Part shown: positions 39,018 to 50,507 of the stretch, one piece after another | Layout: each line of letters starts with the position of its first letter | How positions within the stretch are numbered: the stretch's first letter is position 1 | NCBI GenBank assembly: GCA_965116475.1 | Contig: OZ220691.1 | Location: 2,816,001 to 2,880,000, forward strand | Direction of reading: 5' to 3' | DNA length: 64,000 bases | Origin: Gemmatimonadota bacterium | Lineage (GTDB): Bacteria > Gemmatimonadota > Gemmatimonadetes > Palauibacterales > Palauibacteraceae | Position numbers and translations under genes: made by a program | Notes under the pieces: generated by a model | Database searches by the model: none | Told to the model about the DNA's origin: nothing | The model's input: only the letters and a program-made list of their open reading frames with translations

Positions 39018-40709
39018 CTAGTCCCGACCTCCCGTCGGCCCCTGCGGGCGGGGCGCCACGGCGGCGCCCTCCCAGTCGGGGTCGGCGGCGCCGATCCAGG
39101 TGCGCGTCGCGGCGTCGTACTGCAGGCCGTGGATGCGCCCGAACGCGCCCTGCCGCGGCGTGGGCGTGATCTCGAATCCCATCTCCCGGAATTCCTCCAC
39201 CGAAGTCCCGGACCAGCCGTCCTCGGGGCCTGCCTCCACGGAGAAGCCCGCGAGCCCGTCCGGGCCCATGTCGGGATGCACGCGCGGGGCGGCGAGCGCG
39301 GCGGGTAGCGCCAGGCCGTCGTCGATGACGCGGGTCACGGCCTGGACGACCGCCGAGATGATGCGGATGCCGCCGGCGGCGCCCAGGACGAGGAACGGCT
39401 CGCCGTCGTCGAGGACCATGAAGGGCGTGATGCCGGACCGCGCGCGCTCGCCCGGCTCGCTGATCCCCAGGTAGCCGCCCAGCGTCACGGCGTAGAGGAA
39501 GCCGAGTCCGGGGGTGGCGACTTTCGCGCCCATGCCGGGGCCGATGGTCTGGGTGAGCGCGATGGCCATGCCGTTTCCGTCGGCGGCGGAGAGATGCGTC
39601 GTATGGCCCTCGGGCGGCAGATACAGCGGCGACAGGTCCGGGACCGGACCGCCGGCGGCACCCTCCATGGCAGCCTCCACCGGCGCACGGACCTGCTCCG
39701 CCAGTTGACGGGCGAACGCCTTCGACGTCACGCGGACGGCGGAGGAGTCGGAACTCGGCCGGCGGTATTCCGCCATGGCGAGGGCGAGGGACTGCGCGAT
39801 GACGGAAGCCCACGCCTCGTCGCTCATGCCGTCCGGATCGAAGACCTCGGCGATCTGGAGGGCGAGGATCGCGATCGCGCCGGACGCCGGGATGTCGGAA
39901 CCGACGATCTCGAACCCCCGGTAGGATCCGCGCACGATGCGCGAGTCCTCCGCTTCGTAGGCCGCCAGCGCCTCGCGGGTCAGGAAGCCGCCGTTCGCCG
40001 CCATGTCGTCGGCGATGCGGCCCGCGATCTCCCCGCGGTAGAAGGCGTCGCCGCCGCCGAGGGAAATCGTCCTCAGCGTCTCGGCCATGTCCGACTGCAC
40101 GAGCCGGTCGCCGGGGAGGTAGGGCGACCCGTCCGCCTTCAGGTAGTAGCGCCGGGCGCCTTCCGACTCCGCCACCTGGTCGCGCGATCCCGCCTGGCGG
40201 CGCGCTTCGCCGGGCAGCAGCCGGAACCCGTGCGCCGCGTAATCGATCGCGGGGGCCATGATCGTCGTCAGCGGGAGGGATCCGTACTTCTCGTGCAGGC
40301 GCATGAGGCCGGCGACCGACCCGGGCACGCCGACGGTCGGATAGCCGTAGGTGGCGCGGGGCGCCGTGGCCGGGTCGTATCCGAGCGGGACGGACGTCGT
40401 CCCGTCGATGCCCGCGACCCCCCCGTCGGGCGTCCGGATCAGGATCTGGTTGCGCCCCCCGATGCTGTTCATGCTCGGTTCGACGACGGAGATCGCGAAC
40501 GCGGCGGCGACGGCCGCATCCGCGGCGTTCCCCCCGAGTTCGAGCATCCGGGCCCCGGCGGCCGCGGCGAGCGGCTGCGCCGCGACGACGACCCCGTCCG
40601 CCGAGCGCGCGACCTGCGGCGCACTCTGCGCGCCCAGCCGCAGCGGCACCGCCGCGAACGCGAGTAGCGCGAGAACGGTCGTGCCGTACACCCGGATGCC
40701 TGGCTTCAT
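39018..40709 (-). CDS. ggt: Gamma-glutamyltransferase family protein (secreted)
   Basis: Signal peptide; GGNAADAAVAAAFA.SVVEP; VGVPG; catalytic HTTHLSAAD; GAAGG.RI; APRVH; GAADP. Confidence 0.9.
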   Translation of the reverse strand: MKPGIRVYGTTVLALLAFAAVPLRLGAQSAPQVARSADGVVVAAQPLAAAAGARMLELGGNAADAAVAAAFAISVVEPSMNSIGGRNQILIRTPDGGVAGIDGTTSVPLGYDPATAPRATYGYPTVGVPGSVAGLMRLHEKYGSLPLTTIMAPAIDYAAHGFRLLPGEARRQAGSRDQVAESEGARRYYLKADGSPYLPGDRLVQSDMAETLRTISLGGGDAFYRGEIAGRIADDMAANGGFLTREALAAYEAEDSRIVRGSYRGFEIVGSDIPASGAIAILALQIAEVFDPDGMSDEAWASVIAQSLALAMAEYRRPSSDSSAVRVTSKAFARQLAEQVRAPVEAAMEGAAGGPVPDLSPLYLPPEGHTTHLSAADGNGMAIALTQTIGPGMGAKVATPGLGFLYAVTLGGYLGISEPGERARSGITPFMVLDDGEPFLVLGAAGGIRIISAVVQAVTRVIDDGLALPAALAAPRVHPDMGPDGLAGFSVEAGPEDGWSGTSVEEFREMGFEITPTPRQGAFGRIHGLQYDAATRTWIGAADPDWEGAAVAPRPQGPTGGRD

Positions 40710-40836
40710 GGATCCTCCATCGGTTCTGCGGGTCCCAACGGTGCGTGGCCAAAGCCTTGCCGCGTTCGGGCGGCGGTGCATCCCGCCCGCGGGAAACTTG
40801 CGTCCGGTACGAGCCGTGACTAGGGTCCGAATCTTC

Positions 40837-40866
40837 TTGACAAGACTGTTAAACGATTTGGATAAC
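40837..40866 (+). promoter_or_regulatory. Probable promoter/TetR operator of the efflux operon
   Basis: Consensus TTGACA at 40837-42 followed by AT-rich imperfect palindrome TTAAACGATTTGGATAA; -10 not clean. Confidence 0.45.
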
Positions 40867-40878
40867 GCGAGGATCGTG

Positions 40879-41571
40879 ATGGTTCCTCAAGCTCCGGCCG
40901 CCACCCGACCGCCGGATACCGAGCAGAGGATCTTCGACGCCGCGCTGACCGTGTTCGCCCGCAAGGGACGGGACGGCGCGCGACTGCAGGAGATCGCGGA
41001 TCACGCGGGGATCAATCGCGCCCTGCTGCACTATTACTTCCGCACCAAGGAACAGCTCTACGAAGCCGTGTTCGAGCACGGATGCCGGCAGTTCATGGCC
41101 GGACTCAGCCAGTCGCTGCGCGCGGAGGAGGGGGTCGAGGACAGCCTGCGCGCGTTCGTGTACGGCTACATCGACTACATCTACGAGCATCAGGACATGG
41201 CCCGCCTCATGCTGAACGAATGCCTGTGCGGCGGCGGTATCCTGGAGCGGCACCTCGCGGCCGCCATCGAAGCGCGCGAAGAGGTGCCGGGGCTCCTGCT
41301 CGAGGACCGGCTGCGCGCGGCCGTCGGCGCGGGGGAGATCCGGGAGATCGACCTCCGGCACACGCTGCTTACGATCGTGTCGGCCTGCCTGTTTCCGTTC
41401 GTCGCCCTCCCGACCGTGCGCCTCTTCCACTCCCGGGCCGTGGAGGACTTCGACCGCTTCCTGCAGGAACGGAAAGCGCACATCGTCGATCTCCTGCTCG
41501 CCGGCCTGCGGCCGACGGAGGGCGTGGGGCAGGGCATCCGGCCGGGCGTCCGGCAGGGGGAACTCGCGTGA
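40879..41571 (+). CDS. TetR/AcrR family transcriptional regulator
   Basis: TEQRIFDAALTVFARKGRDGARLQEIADHAGINRALLHYYFRTKEQLY. Confidence 0.93.
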   Translation: MVPQAPAATRPPDTEQRIFDAALTVFARKGRDGARLQEIADHAGINRALLHYYFRTKEQLYEAVFEHGCRQFMAGLSQSLRAEEGVEDSLRAFVYGYIDYIYEHQDMARLMLNECLCGGGILERHLAAAIEAREEVPGLLLEDRLRAAVGAGEIREIDLRHTLLTIVSACLFPFVALPTVRLFHSRAVEDFDRFLQERKAHIVDLLLAGLRPTEGVGQGIRPGVRQGELA

Positions 41572-43181
41572 GCGCGGCGACGGCGGTCTCCCGGATCGCG
41601 GTCTCCGGGATCGGCGTGCGCGGTGTCCCCCGAGCCGGAGGGTTTCTTCTTCTCGCGGCAGTTCTCACGGCGGCGGGCGCGTGTTCGTTCGCGCCGGGGC
41701 CCCGGCTCCCGGCCACCGTGGCCGAACTGCCCGCGGCGTACGATGCGGAGGCTCCCCCGGCCGAGGCGGCGCACGAGCCCCGCGACTGGTGGCGCGCGTT
41801 CGAGGACGCGACGCTGGACCGCCTGATCGAGACGGCGCTCGTCGCCAACCTCGACCTGCACGAAGCCGTCGCGCGGCTCGAGGAATTGCGGCACCGGTAC
41901 CGGATCGCGCGGGCGCCGCTCTTCCCGGCGCTGACGCTCGACGCGAACGGCAACCGGTCCAGCACCCCCGCCAACACCGGCCTGGGGTCGCAGTTCGGGG
42001 GCGACGGGGATGACGGCGGCGACAGCCCGATCCCGGGGCTCAGCTTCGACTTCCCCGACCGGTTCGAGTTCACGACCTACTCGGCCTCGCTCGGCTTCGG
42101 CTACGAACTCGATTTCTGGGGCCGGCTGCGCAACGAATCCGGGGCGGCGGTACGCGACTTCCTGGCCTCCCGGGCCGATGCGGAGACCGTGCGGCTCACG
42201 GTCATCGCGTCCACCATCTCGACGTATCTCGAAGTCGTCTCCGCGCGAGGGCAGCTCGCCATCGCCGAGGACAACGTCGATCTGCTGCGGGAGCGCGCGG
42301 AACTCACTCGGGAGCGCTACCAGGCCGGCGTCACGAACACCTTCGAACTCTATGCGATCCGGCAGCAGTACCGGACCGCCGAGTCGAACCTGCCGGGGCT
42401 GCGCACGGCCGTGGACGACGCGGAAGGGCGCCTGGCCCTCCTCGTGGGACGGTACGCGGGGATGATCGAGGACCTTCTGCCGCCCCAACTCGCGCCGGCG
42501 GTCGATGCGACGCCGATTCCCGGCGGACTGCCGGTGTCGCTGCTCGAGGACCGGCCCGACGTCATGGCCGCGTTCGAGCGCGTCGAGGCGGCGCGCCGCC
42601 GGGTCGGGGCCCGCCGGGCCGAGCTGCTCCCCACGATCTCTCTGAACGGGGCCGCGGGACGCCAGGCGGGCGAACTCGGAGACCTGCGGTTCGTCGACCA
42701 GTGGTTCACGAACCTGATCGGCGGCCTCGTGGCGCCGATCTTCCAGGGCGGCCGCCTGCGCGCCAACGTCGGGGCGGCCTGGGCGCAGTACGACCAGGCG
42801 TTGATCGCGTACGCGCGCACGGTGCTGGCCGCCTACCGGGAGGTGCGGACGAGCCTGCGGCAGTTCGAGAACGAGCGGGAGCGGTACGCGCAGGTCATGG
42901 AACAGGTCGCCGACGCCCGCGCCTCGCTGGAGAACCAGTTAGAGCGCTACCAGAGCGGGGTGGGGGACTACGTCGAGTACCTGGACGCGAGGGTGAACCT
43001 GAACGGCGCCGAAACCACCCGGGTGCTCGCCGAACGCGGCATCGGAGAGGCGCGGCTCGCCGTGCACCGGGCCCTGGGCGGCGCGTGGGTGGCGGAGGAC
43101 GTCGAGGACACGGCGGACGCCGACATGAGTGACACGAATGAAGACCCGGGGGCGGCGGCGTCGCTCCCCGATCGGAGATAG
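41568..43181 (+). CDS. RND efflux outer-membrane lipoprotein (NodT/OprM family)
   Basis: AGAC lipobox; WWRAFED.TLD.LIETALVANLDL; YELDFWGRLR; LLEDRPDV.AA; ALGG.W. Confidence 0.92.
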   Translation: MSAATAVSRIAVSGIGVRGVPRAGGFLLLAAVLTAAGACSFAPGPRLPATVAELPAAYDAEAPPAEAAHEPRDWWRAFEDATLDRLIETALVANLDLHEAVARLEELRHRYRIARAPLFPALTLDANGNRSSTPANTGLGSQFGGDGDDGGDSPIPGLSFDFPDRFEFTTYSASLGFGYELDFWGRLRNESGAAVRDFLASRADAETVRLTVIASTISTYLEVVSARGQLAIAEDNVDLLRERAELTRERYQAGVTNTFELYAIRQQYRTAESNLPGLRTAVDDAEGRLALLVGRYAGMIEDLLPPQLAPAVDATPIPGGLPVSLLEDRPDVMAAFERVEAARRRVGARRAELLPTISLNGAAGRQAGELGDLRFVDQWFTNLIGGLVAPIFQGGRLRANVGAAWAQYDQALIAYARTVLAAYREVRTSLRQFENERERYAQVMEQVADARASLENQLERYQSGVGDYVEYLDARVNLNGAETTRVLAERGIGEARLAVHRALGGAWVAEDVEDTADADMSDTNEDPGAAASLPDRR

Positions 43182-43190
43182 GGCGGAACG

Positions 43191-44516
43191 ATGGAAGACG
43201 GAACGCGGCACACGCCGCACGAGGCCGGAGACACCGGAGACACCGGAGACACCGGGGCGCCCGTCGCCCCGCCCGCGTTCATGAAGCGGCTGGTACAGGG
43301 GGCGATCGTCATCGGCGTGGGCGTGTTCGGCTTCGCGCTGCTGTTCGGCATGCGCGCCGAACCGGCGGAAGTGGAGCCGCCGCGCCTGATCCCCACGGTC
43401 AGCACGGTGCCCGCCCGCGTGACGCAGGGCGCGATCAAGGTGCGAGGCGGCGGCACGGTTCGCCCCAGCGCGGAGGTCACGATCGCGTCGCAGGTCGGCG
43501 GGCGCGTGATCTGGACCGCGCCCGCCCTCGTGAGCGGCGGGCGCTTCGCCGAGAACGAACCGCTCCTGCGGGTGGACCCGGCCGACTACGAGAACGCGGT
43601 CGAGGCCGCGGAGGCGGACGTGGCCCAGCGCGAGGTGGCATTGCTGGAAGCCGAGGAGAACGCGCGGCTGGCGCTCGACGAATGGCGGCGGCTCGCGGCC
43701 CGCGAGAACCTCGACCCGACGCCGCCGAACGCCCTCGTCACCCGGCAGCCGCAGCTCGATGCGGCCGCGGCGGCCCTCAGGAGCGCCAGGGCCAGGCTGG
43801 AAGACGCGCGGCTGGCGCTGGAACGGACCTGGATCCGGGCTCCGTTCAACGGGATCGTGCGCGAGGAGACGGTCGATCCCGGGCAGTTCGTCGCGGCCGG
43901 CCAGGCCGTCGGCCGCCTGTACGCGACGGACGCGGTGGAGATCGTCGTGCCGCTGAGCGACAACGAGGCGGCGCTGATCGAACGCCTGTGGAGCGCGCGC
44001 GCGGGCGACGCGGCGACCCGCATCCCGGTCGACATCGTGTCCGAGTACGGCGGCGTCGAGTACGCGTGGTCGGGATACGTGGACCGGGCGGAGGCGGCGC
44101 TCGACGAGCAGACGCGGACGGTCGACGTGGTCGTCACCGTCCCCGAGCCGTTCACTCCCCCGGAGGGCGATCCCCGCCGCCCGCCGCTCCTGCTCGGCAG
44201 CTACGCCACGGTGGACATCGAGGGCACGAGCTTCGAGGAATACGTTGTCGTCCCGGCCGCCGCCGTCCGCGACGGCGATGTCCTCTGGACGGTGGCGGAC
44301 GACACCCTGCTGGTCATGACCCCGGTCGAGCCGATCCAGGAAGTGGACGATGAAGCCGTGGTGCTCGGATCGATCCCGGACGGCACTCCGGTCATCGTTT
44401 CGATGCTCCTCTTCGTCACCGACGGCATGACGGTGCGGCCGGTACAGTTGCTGGAGAGCGCCGAACCGTGGGAGCGGGGCGCCAACGGCGACGGGCGGGA
44501 AGGAGACGGCTCATGA
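43191..44516 (+). CDS. RND efflux periplasmic adaptor (MFP)
   Basis: TM anchor; SQVGGRV; LERTWIRAPFNG.V; DEQTRT. Confidence 0.92.
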   Translation: MEDGTRHTPHEAGDTGDTGDTGAPVAPPAFMKRLVQGAIVIGVGVFGFALLFGMRAEPAEVEPPRLIPTVSTVPARVTQGAIKVRGGGTVRPSAEVTIASQVGGRVIWTAPALVSGGRFAENEPLLRVDPADYENAVEAAEADVAQREVALLEAEENARLALDEWRRLAARENLDPTPPNALVTRQPQLDAAAAALRSARARLEDARLALERTWIRAPFNGIVREETVDPGQFVAAGQAVGRLYATDAVEIVVPLSDNEAALIERLWSARAGDAATRIPVDIVSEYGGVEYAWSGYVDRAEAALDEQTRTVDVVVTVPEPFTPPEGDPRRPPLLLGSYATVDIEGTSFEEYVVVPAAAVRDGDVLWTVADDTLLVMTPVEPIQEVDDEAVVLGSIPDGTPVIVSMLLFVTDGMTVRPVQLLESAEPWERGANGDGREGDGS

Positions 44517-47500
44517 GGCGGGCGATCGGGTGGATGGCCAAGCACGGCGTCGCCGCCAACCTGCTCATGGTGCTGATCATCCTGGCGGGATTCGTGAGCC
44601 TCATCGGTCTGCCCCAGGAGACGTTTCCGGAGATCTCCCTCGACACGATTCAGGTACAGGTCCAGTACCCCGGGGCGTCGCCCGACGAGGTCGAGCAGGC
44701 GATCGTGCGGCGGGTCGAGGAGCGGATCACCGGCATCCAGGGCGTCGATCGCGTGACGAGCGCCGCTTCGGAGGGCGTCGGCATCGTGCTCGCCGAACTG
44801 TCGCTGGGCACGGACGAGTCGAAGACGCTGGACGAGATCAAGTCCGCCATCGACCGGATCACGAGCTTCCCGGTCGACGCGGAGGAGCCGGAGGTGGTCG
44901 CGCTGGCCGCGCAAGGCCGCGTGATGGAGATCGCGATCTTCGGCGATGTCCCCGAGCGGACGCTCAAGGAGATCGCGAACCGGGTCAAGGACGACCTCAC
45001 CTCGCTGCCGGCGATCTCGCTCGTCCGCGTCTCCGGCGTCCGGCAGTACGAGATCTCGATCGAAGTGTCGAAGGCGGCCCTGCGCGCGCACGGCCTCACG
45101 CTGGACGAGGTGGCCGCGGCGGTCCGGCGCGGCAGCCTCGACCTTCCCGGTGGGAGCGTCGAGACGGATCGCGAGGAGATTCTCGTTCACATCCGGGGAC
45201 AGAACTACACGCGGGCGGACTTCGCGGACGTGATCGTGCGGGCCAACGTCGACGGGTCGATGCTCCGCCTCTCGGACGTCGCGGACATCCAGGACGGCTT
45301 CGAGCACGTCGACCTCATCAATGCCTACAACGGGCAGCCGACGGCCTTCGTCCAGGTGCTGCGGACGGGAGACGAGCGCGTCCTGGAGATCTCCGACGAG
45401 GTCGAACGCTACCTGGAAGGGGAGTTGGCCATCTCTCTCCCGCGGGGCGTCGACTACAGCATCTGGCGCTCCGAAGCCTCGTACCTGCAGAGCCGCATCG
45501 ACCTCCTCATCAAGAACGGCCGGCTGGGTCTCATCCTGGTGCTCATCGCGCTGGCCCTCTTCCTCGACCTGCGCCTCGCGTTCTGGACCGCGGTCGGGAT
45601 CTTCCTCTCCTTCGCCGGCGTGTTCGCGGTGATGGCGTGGGCCGGCATCTCGATCAACATGATGGCGCTGTTCGGCTTCATCCTCGCGATCGGGATCGTG
45701 GTGGACGACGCCATCGTGGTGGGGGAGAACATCTTCGCCGAACGGGAGAGGGGAACGGCCGCGCTGCGGGCGGCGATCAAGGGCACGAGACGCGTCTCCG
45801 TGCCCGTGATCTTCGCCGTGCTCACGACCGTGGCGGCGTTCACGCCGCTCCTCTTCGTGCCAGGCAGTCTCGGGAAGTTCCTCTACGTGATCCCCGCGAT
45901 CGTGATCTCCGTGCTGCTGCTCTCGCTCGTCGAGGTCCTGTTCATCCTCCCCTACCACCTCTCGCACCTCCCGGCCCCGGGCGCGAGCCGCGGGAAGGGA
46001 GGCTGGCTGGGGCCCGTCTACCGTCTGCAGGAGATCGTCCAGACGAACCTGCAGCGCTTCATCGACGGGCCGCTGGAGCGCTCCGTGCGCTTCGCCGTGC
46101 GGCGCCCGGGCCTGACCGTGCTCGGGGCCGTTTCCTCCCTGATGATCGTGGGGGGGCTGGTGGCGGGACGGCATCTCCGGTTCAGCCTGCTGCCCGTGAT
46201 CGAGGGCGAGGAGGTCGTCGCCTACATCGAGATGGCCGACGGCACGACCAGCGAGCGCACCGCGGAAGTCGCCAGCTACGTGGAGGGGCAGGGATACGCG
46301 GCGATCGCGGAACTGGAAGCGCAGTTGCCGGATGACGAGCCGCCCCTGGTCGAGGCGGTCTTCACGAGCATCGGGCAGCGTCCCTCGCAGGCCGGAGGCC
46401 CCGGCATGAGCGCCGAGGCGAGCTTCGTGCGGTCGAACATCGCCGAGGTGAGCCTGCGGCTGACCGACCCGGAGATCCGGGATCTGCCGGCCACCGAGGT
46501 GGAACGGGCCTGGCGGGAGCTGGTCGGGCCGGTCGCCGGCGCACGGGAGCTCACGTTCAGTTCCATCCTCATCGATCTGGGGTCGCCGGTGCAGGTCGAG
46601 CTTTCCCACCCGGACACGGCGATGCTGAACGCGGCGGTGCCCGAGTTTACGGACCGCCTGGTGCGCATCGCGGGCGTGACGGAGGTCCGCGACGACCGGG
46701 GCCGGGGCAAGCGCGAGCTGGAGCTGGAACTCAAGCCCGCCGCCCGCACGCTCGGGATCACGCTCGACGACCTGGCGCGCCAGGTGCGCGGGGCGTTCTT
46801 CGGGAACGAGGTCTATCGCCTGCAGCGGGGCCGCGACGAAGTGCGCGTCTACGTCCGGCTCCCGGAATCGGAGCGCAACACGCTCGCCGACCTCCAGGAC
46901 TACCGGATCCGCACGCCGACGGGCGGCGAGGCGCCGCTGTCGGAGGTTGCGGACGTGTCCTTCGGCATCGCCTCATCGACGATCAACCGGATCGATGGAC
47001 GCCGCATCGTGACGGTCACGGCCGATGTGGACGCCGCCGTGATCACGGGACAGGAGGTCAACACGGAGATCACCTCGACCATCCTGCCGGAACTGCAGGC
47101 CCAGTTCCCGGGCCTCCGCTACGGGTTCGGCGGAGAGCAGCGGCAGCAGACGCTGGCGTTCGAGGGGATCGCCCGCGGTTTCCTCCTTGCCCTCCTCGCG
47201 ATCTACGCGCTCCTCGCCATTCCCTTCCGCTCGTACCTGCAGCCGCTGGTCGTCATGGCGTCGATCCCGCTGGGGCTCGTGGGCGCCGCGATCGGACACC
47301 TGATCATGGGGCTCGACCTCGGCATGCTCTCCATGTTCGGGCTCGTGGGCCTGTCGGGCGTGGTCGTGAACGACTCGCTGGTGCTGATCGATTTCATCAA
47401 CGAACGGCACCGAAGCGGGCTCCCGATGCCGGAGGCCATCGTGCAGGGGGCCAAGGTCCGCTTCCGCCCCATCATGCTGACCTCCGTGACGACCTTCCTC

Positions 47501-47722
47501 GGGGTGTCGCCGATCATCCTCGAGCGCAGCACGCAGGCGCAGTTCCTCTCGCCCATGGCGGTGAGTCTCGGGTTCGGGATCCTGTTCGCCACCTTCATCA
47601 TCATGCTCGCCGTGCCGGCCCTGGCGATGATGAACTACACGTTCACCGTGCGGGCGCAGCGGGTCTTCGCACGCTGGCGGCGGAAGCCGGAACTGGGCCT
47701 GGCGGGAGGGCTCGAGCGCTGA
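44513..47722 (+). CDS. RND efflux permease (AcrB/AcrD/AcrF family)
   Basis: [46 protein letters not shown]. Confidence 0.95.
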   Translation: MRRAIGWMAKHGVAANLLMVLIILAGFVSLIGLPQETFPEISLDTIQVQVQYPGASPDEVEQAIVRRVEERITGIQGVDRVTSAASEGVGIVLAELSLGTDESKTLDEIKSAIDRITSFPVDAEEPEVVALAAQGRVMEIAIFGDVPERTLKEIANRVKDDLTSLPAISLVRVSGVRQYEISIEVSKAALRAHGLTLDEVAAAVRRGSLDLPGGSVETDREEILVHIRGQNYTRADFADVIVRANVDGSMLRLSDVADIQDGFEHVDLINAYNGQPTAFVQVLRTGDERVLEISDEVERYLEGELAISLPRGVDYSIWRSEASYLQSRIDLLIKNGRLGLILVLIALALFLDLRLAFWTAVGIFLSFAGVFAVMAWAGISINMMALFGFILAIGIVVDDAIVVGENIFAERERGTAALRAAIKGTRRVSVPVIFAVLTTVAAFTPLLFVPGSLGKFLYVIPAIVISVLLLSLVEVLFILPYHLSHLPAPGASRGKGGWLGPVYRLQEIVQTNLQRFIDGPLERSVRFAVRRPGLTVLGAVSSLMIVGGLVAGRHLRFSLLPVIEGEEVVAYIEMADGTTSERTAEVASYVEGQGYAAIAELEAQLPDDEPPLVEAVFTSIGQRPSQAGGPGMSAEASFVRSNIAEVSLRLTDPEIRDLPATEVERAWRELVGPVAGARELTFSSILIDLGSPVQVELSHPDTAMLNAAVPEFTDRLVRIAGVTEVRDDRGRGKRELELELKPAARTLGITLDDLARQVRGAFFGNEVYRLQRGRDEVRVYVRLPESERNTLADLQDYRIRTPTGGEAPLSEVADVSFGIASSTINRIDGRRIVTVTADVDAAVITGQEVNTEITSTILPELQAQFPGLRYGFGGEQRQQTLAFEGIARGFLLALLAIYALLAIPFRSYLQPLVVMASIPLGLVGAAIGHLIMGLDLGMLSMFGLVGLSGVVVNDSLVLIDFINERHRSGLPMPEAIVQGAKVRFRPIMLTSVTTFLGVSPIILERSTQAQFLSPMAVSLGFGILFATFIIMLAVPALAMMNYTFTVRAQRVFARWRRKPELGLAGGLER

Positions 47723-48627
47723 ACGACCGCTCGGGCGCCTGGCTGGCGTCGCTCGAGTCCGAAGCCATCGAAATCCTTCGCGAGGGCCTCGCGGAGGCTT
47801 CGCGGCCCGTGATGCTGTATTCGATCGGGAAGGACTCCTCGGTGCTCCTGCACCTGGCCCGGAAGGCGTTCTGGCCGGCGACGCCGCCGTTCCCGCTGCT
47901 CCATATCGACACCACGTGGAAGTTCCGGGAGATGATCGCGTTCCGGGACCGGACGGCGGCCGAAGCGGGCGTGGAACTTCGGGTTCACACGAACGAGGAC
48001 GGGTTGCGCGAGGGCGTCAATCCGTTCGATCACGGATCGGAACGCTACACCGATGTCATGAAGACGGCGGCGTTGCGGCAGGCGCTCGACGAGGGCGGGT
48101 ACGACATCATCTTCGTCGGCGCCCGGCGCGACGAGGAGAAGTCGCGCGCCAAGGAGCGCGTGTTCTCGCTGCGCAACGCGGCTCACCAATGGGATCCGAA
48201 GGCCCAGCGCCCGGAGCCGTGGAACCTCTACAACACCCGCCTGGCACCCGGCGAGTCCCTGCGCGTCTCCCCGCTCTCAAACTGGACCGAGGCGGACGTC
48301 TGGCGGTACATCCGCACAGAGGAGATCCCGATCGTCCCGCTCTACTACGCCGCAGAACGCCCCGTCGTCGAGCGGGATGGACGGTGGATCATGGTCGACG
48401 ATGACCGGATGTCGCTCCTCCAGGGCGAGGCGCCGCAGCAACGGCGCATCCGCTTCCGGACGCTGGGCTGCTACCCGCTGACGGCCGCGGTCGAGAGCGA
48501 CGCGGATACGCTCGATGCCGTCATCGCCGAGACGCTCGGCACGGACCGCTCCGAACGCGAGGGGCGCCTCATCGACCATGACCGCGACGGTTCGATGGAA
48601 CTCAAGAAGCGCCAGGGCTACTTCTGA
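47719..48627 (+). CDS. cysD: Sulfate adenylyltransferase subunit 2
   Basis: [11 protein letters not shown]...[53 protein letters not shown]; homology extends up to CTG 47719. Confidence 0.93.
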   Translation: MNDRSGAWLASLESEAIEILREGLAEASRPVMLYSIGKDSSVLLHLARKAFWPATPPFPLLHIDTTWKFREMIAFRDRTAAEAGVELRVHTNEDGLREGVNPFDHGSERYTDVMKTAALRQALDEGGYDIIFVGARRDEEKSRAKERVFSLRNAAHQWDPKAQRPEPWNLYNTRLAPGESLRVSPLSNWTEADVWRYIRTEEIPIVPLYYAAERPVVERDGRWIMVDDDRMSLLQGEAPQQRRIRFRTLGCYPLTAAVESDADTLDAVIAETLGTDRSEREGRLIDHDRDGSMELKKRQGYF

Positions 48628-50507
48628 TGCCGCCGGAGATGTCGCCGGGGATGCCACCGACCCTGCGCCTCGTGCTCTGCGGCAGCGTCGACGACGGCAA
48701 GAGCACGGTCATCGGCCGGCTTCTGCATGACTGCCGCCAGGTCTTCTCCGACGAACTGAGGCGCGTCGAGCGGGACTCGGTCCGCCACGGCACGCAGGGG
48801 CAGGCGACCGACTTCGCCCTGCTCGTCGACGGACTGCGGGACGAGCGCGAACAGGGCATCACGATCGATGTCGCCTACCGGAGCTTCGAGACGCCGCGCC
48901 GCCGGTTCATCGTGGCCGACGCGCCCGGCCACGAGCAGTACACGCGCAACATGGCGACGGGCGCCTCGACCGCCGATCTGGCCGTCGTCCTGGTGGACGC
49001 GCGCAGGGGAGTGCTGCCCCAGACGGCGAGGCACACGCGAATCGCGGCCATGTTCGGCGTCCGCCACGTCGTTCTCGCCGTGAACAAGATGGATCTCGTC
49101 GAATGGGACCGGGACATCTTCGATTCGGTCCGGGCCGCCTTCCGCGACATCGCCGACGACATCGCCGACGACATCGGTCTCGACGCGGTCGAGGCGATTC
49201 CGGTCTCGGCGCTGACCGGGGCCAACCTCACCCGAGACGGCAGGTCGGCGCCGTGGTACGACGGCCCGACGCTGCTCGCGCACCTCGAAACGGTGGATGT
49301 CGAGGGAGGGGCAGCCGACGAACCGTTTCGGATGCCGGTGCAGTACGTGAATCGGCCGCATGCCGACTTTCGGGGATACTGCGGGCGAGTGGCCGCCGGG
49401 GCGGTGGCGGTGGGCGACGCCGTCCGCATCTCGCCCGCCGGGACCGAGAGCCGCGTCGCGTCCATCCTCGTGGGGGACGACACCCGCGGCCGCGCTGCGC
49501 GGGGCGACTCGGTCACGTTGACCCTCGCTTCCGATGTCGACGTCACGCGGGGCGACGTCGTCGCGGAAGCCGACGCGCCCGTCGAGGTGGCGGACCAGTT
49601 CCAGGCGCGCCTCGTCTGGATGCACGACGAGCCCCTCGCCGTGGGCCGCCCCTACGTGATGAAGCTCCACTCGCGGGAGGTGGGCGTCGCCGTCACCCGG
49701 ATCCGGCACCGGCTGGACGTGTCCCACGGCAGCGAGTTGGCCGCCTCCGTGCTGCGGCTCAACGACCTCGGCACGGTGAACCTCGCGACGAACCGTCCCG
49801 TCCCCTTCGCGTCCTTCGATGAATCGCGCGCGCTGGGAGGTTTCATCCTGATCGATCGCGCCACGAACGCGACGGCGGCCGCCGGCACGATCCTCTTCCC
49901 GCTCATGCGGGCGGCGAACGTGAAATGGCAGCACCTGGACGTCTCGAAGGAGGTCCGCGCGCGGCTGAAGCTCCAGCGCGCCCGGTGCGTGTGGCTGACC
50001 GGGATGTCCGCCTCGGGCAAGTCGACGATCGCCAACCTGCTCGATCGCCGCCTGACCATCGAGGGGCGGCACACGTATCTCCTGGACGGGGACAACGTGC
50101 GCCACGGCCTGTGCCGGGATCTTGGCTTCACCGAGGCGGATCGGGTGGAGAACATCCGGCGGGTGGCGGAAGTCGCCCGCCTCATGGTCGATGCGGGGCT
50201 GATCGTCATCGTCGCCTTCATCAGCCCGTTCCGGTCGGAACGCGATTACGCCCGCAGCCTGTTCGAGCCCGGCGACTTCATGGAGGTCTTCGTGGACGCG
50301 TCGCTCGAGGCGTGCGCGGAGCGCGACCCGAAGGGACTCTATGCCAAGGCGCTCAGAGGAGAGATCAGGAACTTCACGGGAGTCGACAGTCCCTACGAAC
50401 CGCCTGAACGCCCCGACCTGCGTCTGGACACGGAGAGACTCTCTCCGGAAGAATGCGTGGACCTGCTGGACCGCGAATTACGGAATTCCGTGACGGAGGA
50501 TCGCTGA
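48627..50507 (+). CDS. cysNC: Bifunctional sulfate adenylyltransferase subunit 1 / adenylylsulfate kinase
   Basis: GSVDDGKST; EREQGITIDVAY; DAPGHEQYTRNM; APS kinase WLTGMSASGKST, LDGDNVRHGL, RDPKGLY, NFTGVDSPYE. Confidence 0.95.
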   Translation: MPPEMSPGMPPTLRLVLCGSVDDGKSTVIGRLLHDCRQVFSDELRRVERDSVRHGTQGQATDFALLVDGLRDEREQGITIDVAYRSFETPRRRFIVADAPGHEQYTRNMATGASTADLAVVLVDARRGVLPQTARHTRIAAMFGVRHVVLAVNKMDLVEWDRDIFDSVRAAFRDIADDIADDIGLDAVEAIPVSALTGANLTRDGRSAPWYDGPTLLAHLETVDVEGGAADEPFRMPVQYVNRPHADFRGYCGRVAAGAVAVGDAVRISPAGTESRVASILVGDDTRGRAARGDSVTLTLASDVDVTRGDVVAEADAPVEVADQFQARLVWMHDEPLAVGRPYVMKLHSREVGVAVTRIRHRLDVSHGSELAASVLRLNDLGTVNLATNRPVPFASFDESRALGGFILIDRATNATAAAGTILFPLMRAANVKWQHLDVSKEVRARLKLQRARCVWLTGMSASGKSTIANLLDRRLTIEGRHTYLLDGDNVRHGLCRDLGFTEADRVENIRRVAEVARLMVDAGLIVIVAFISPFRSERDYARSLFEPGDFMEVFVDASLEACAERDPKGLYAKALRGEIRNFTGVDSPYEPPERPDLRLDTERLSPEECVDLLDRELRNSVTEDR

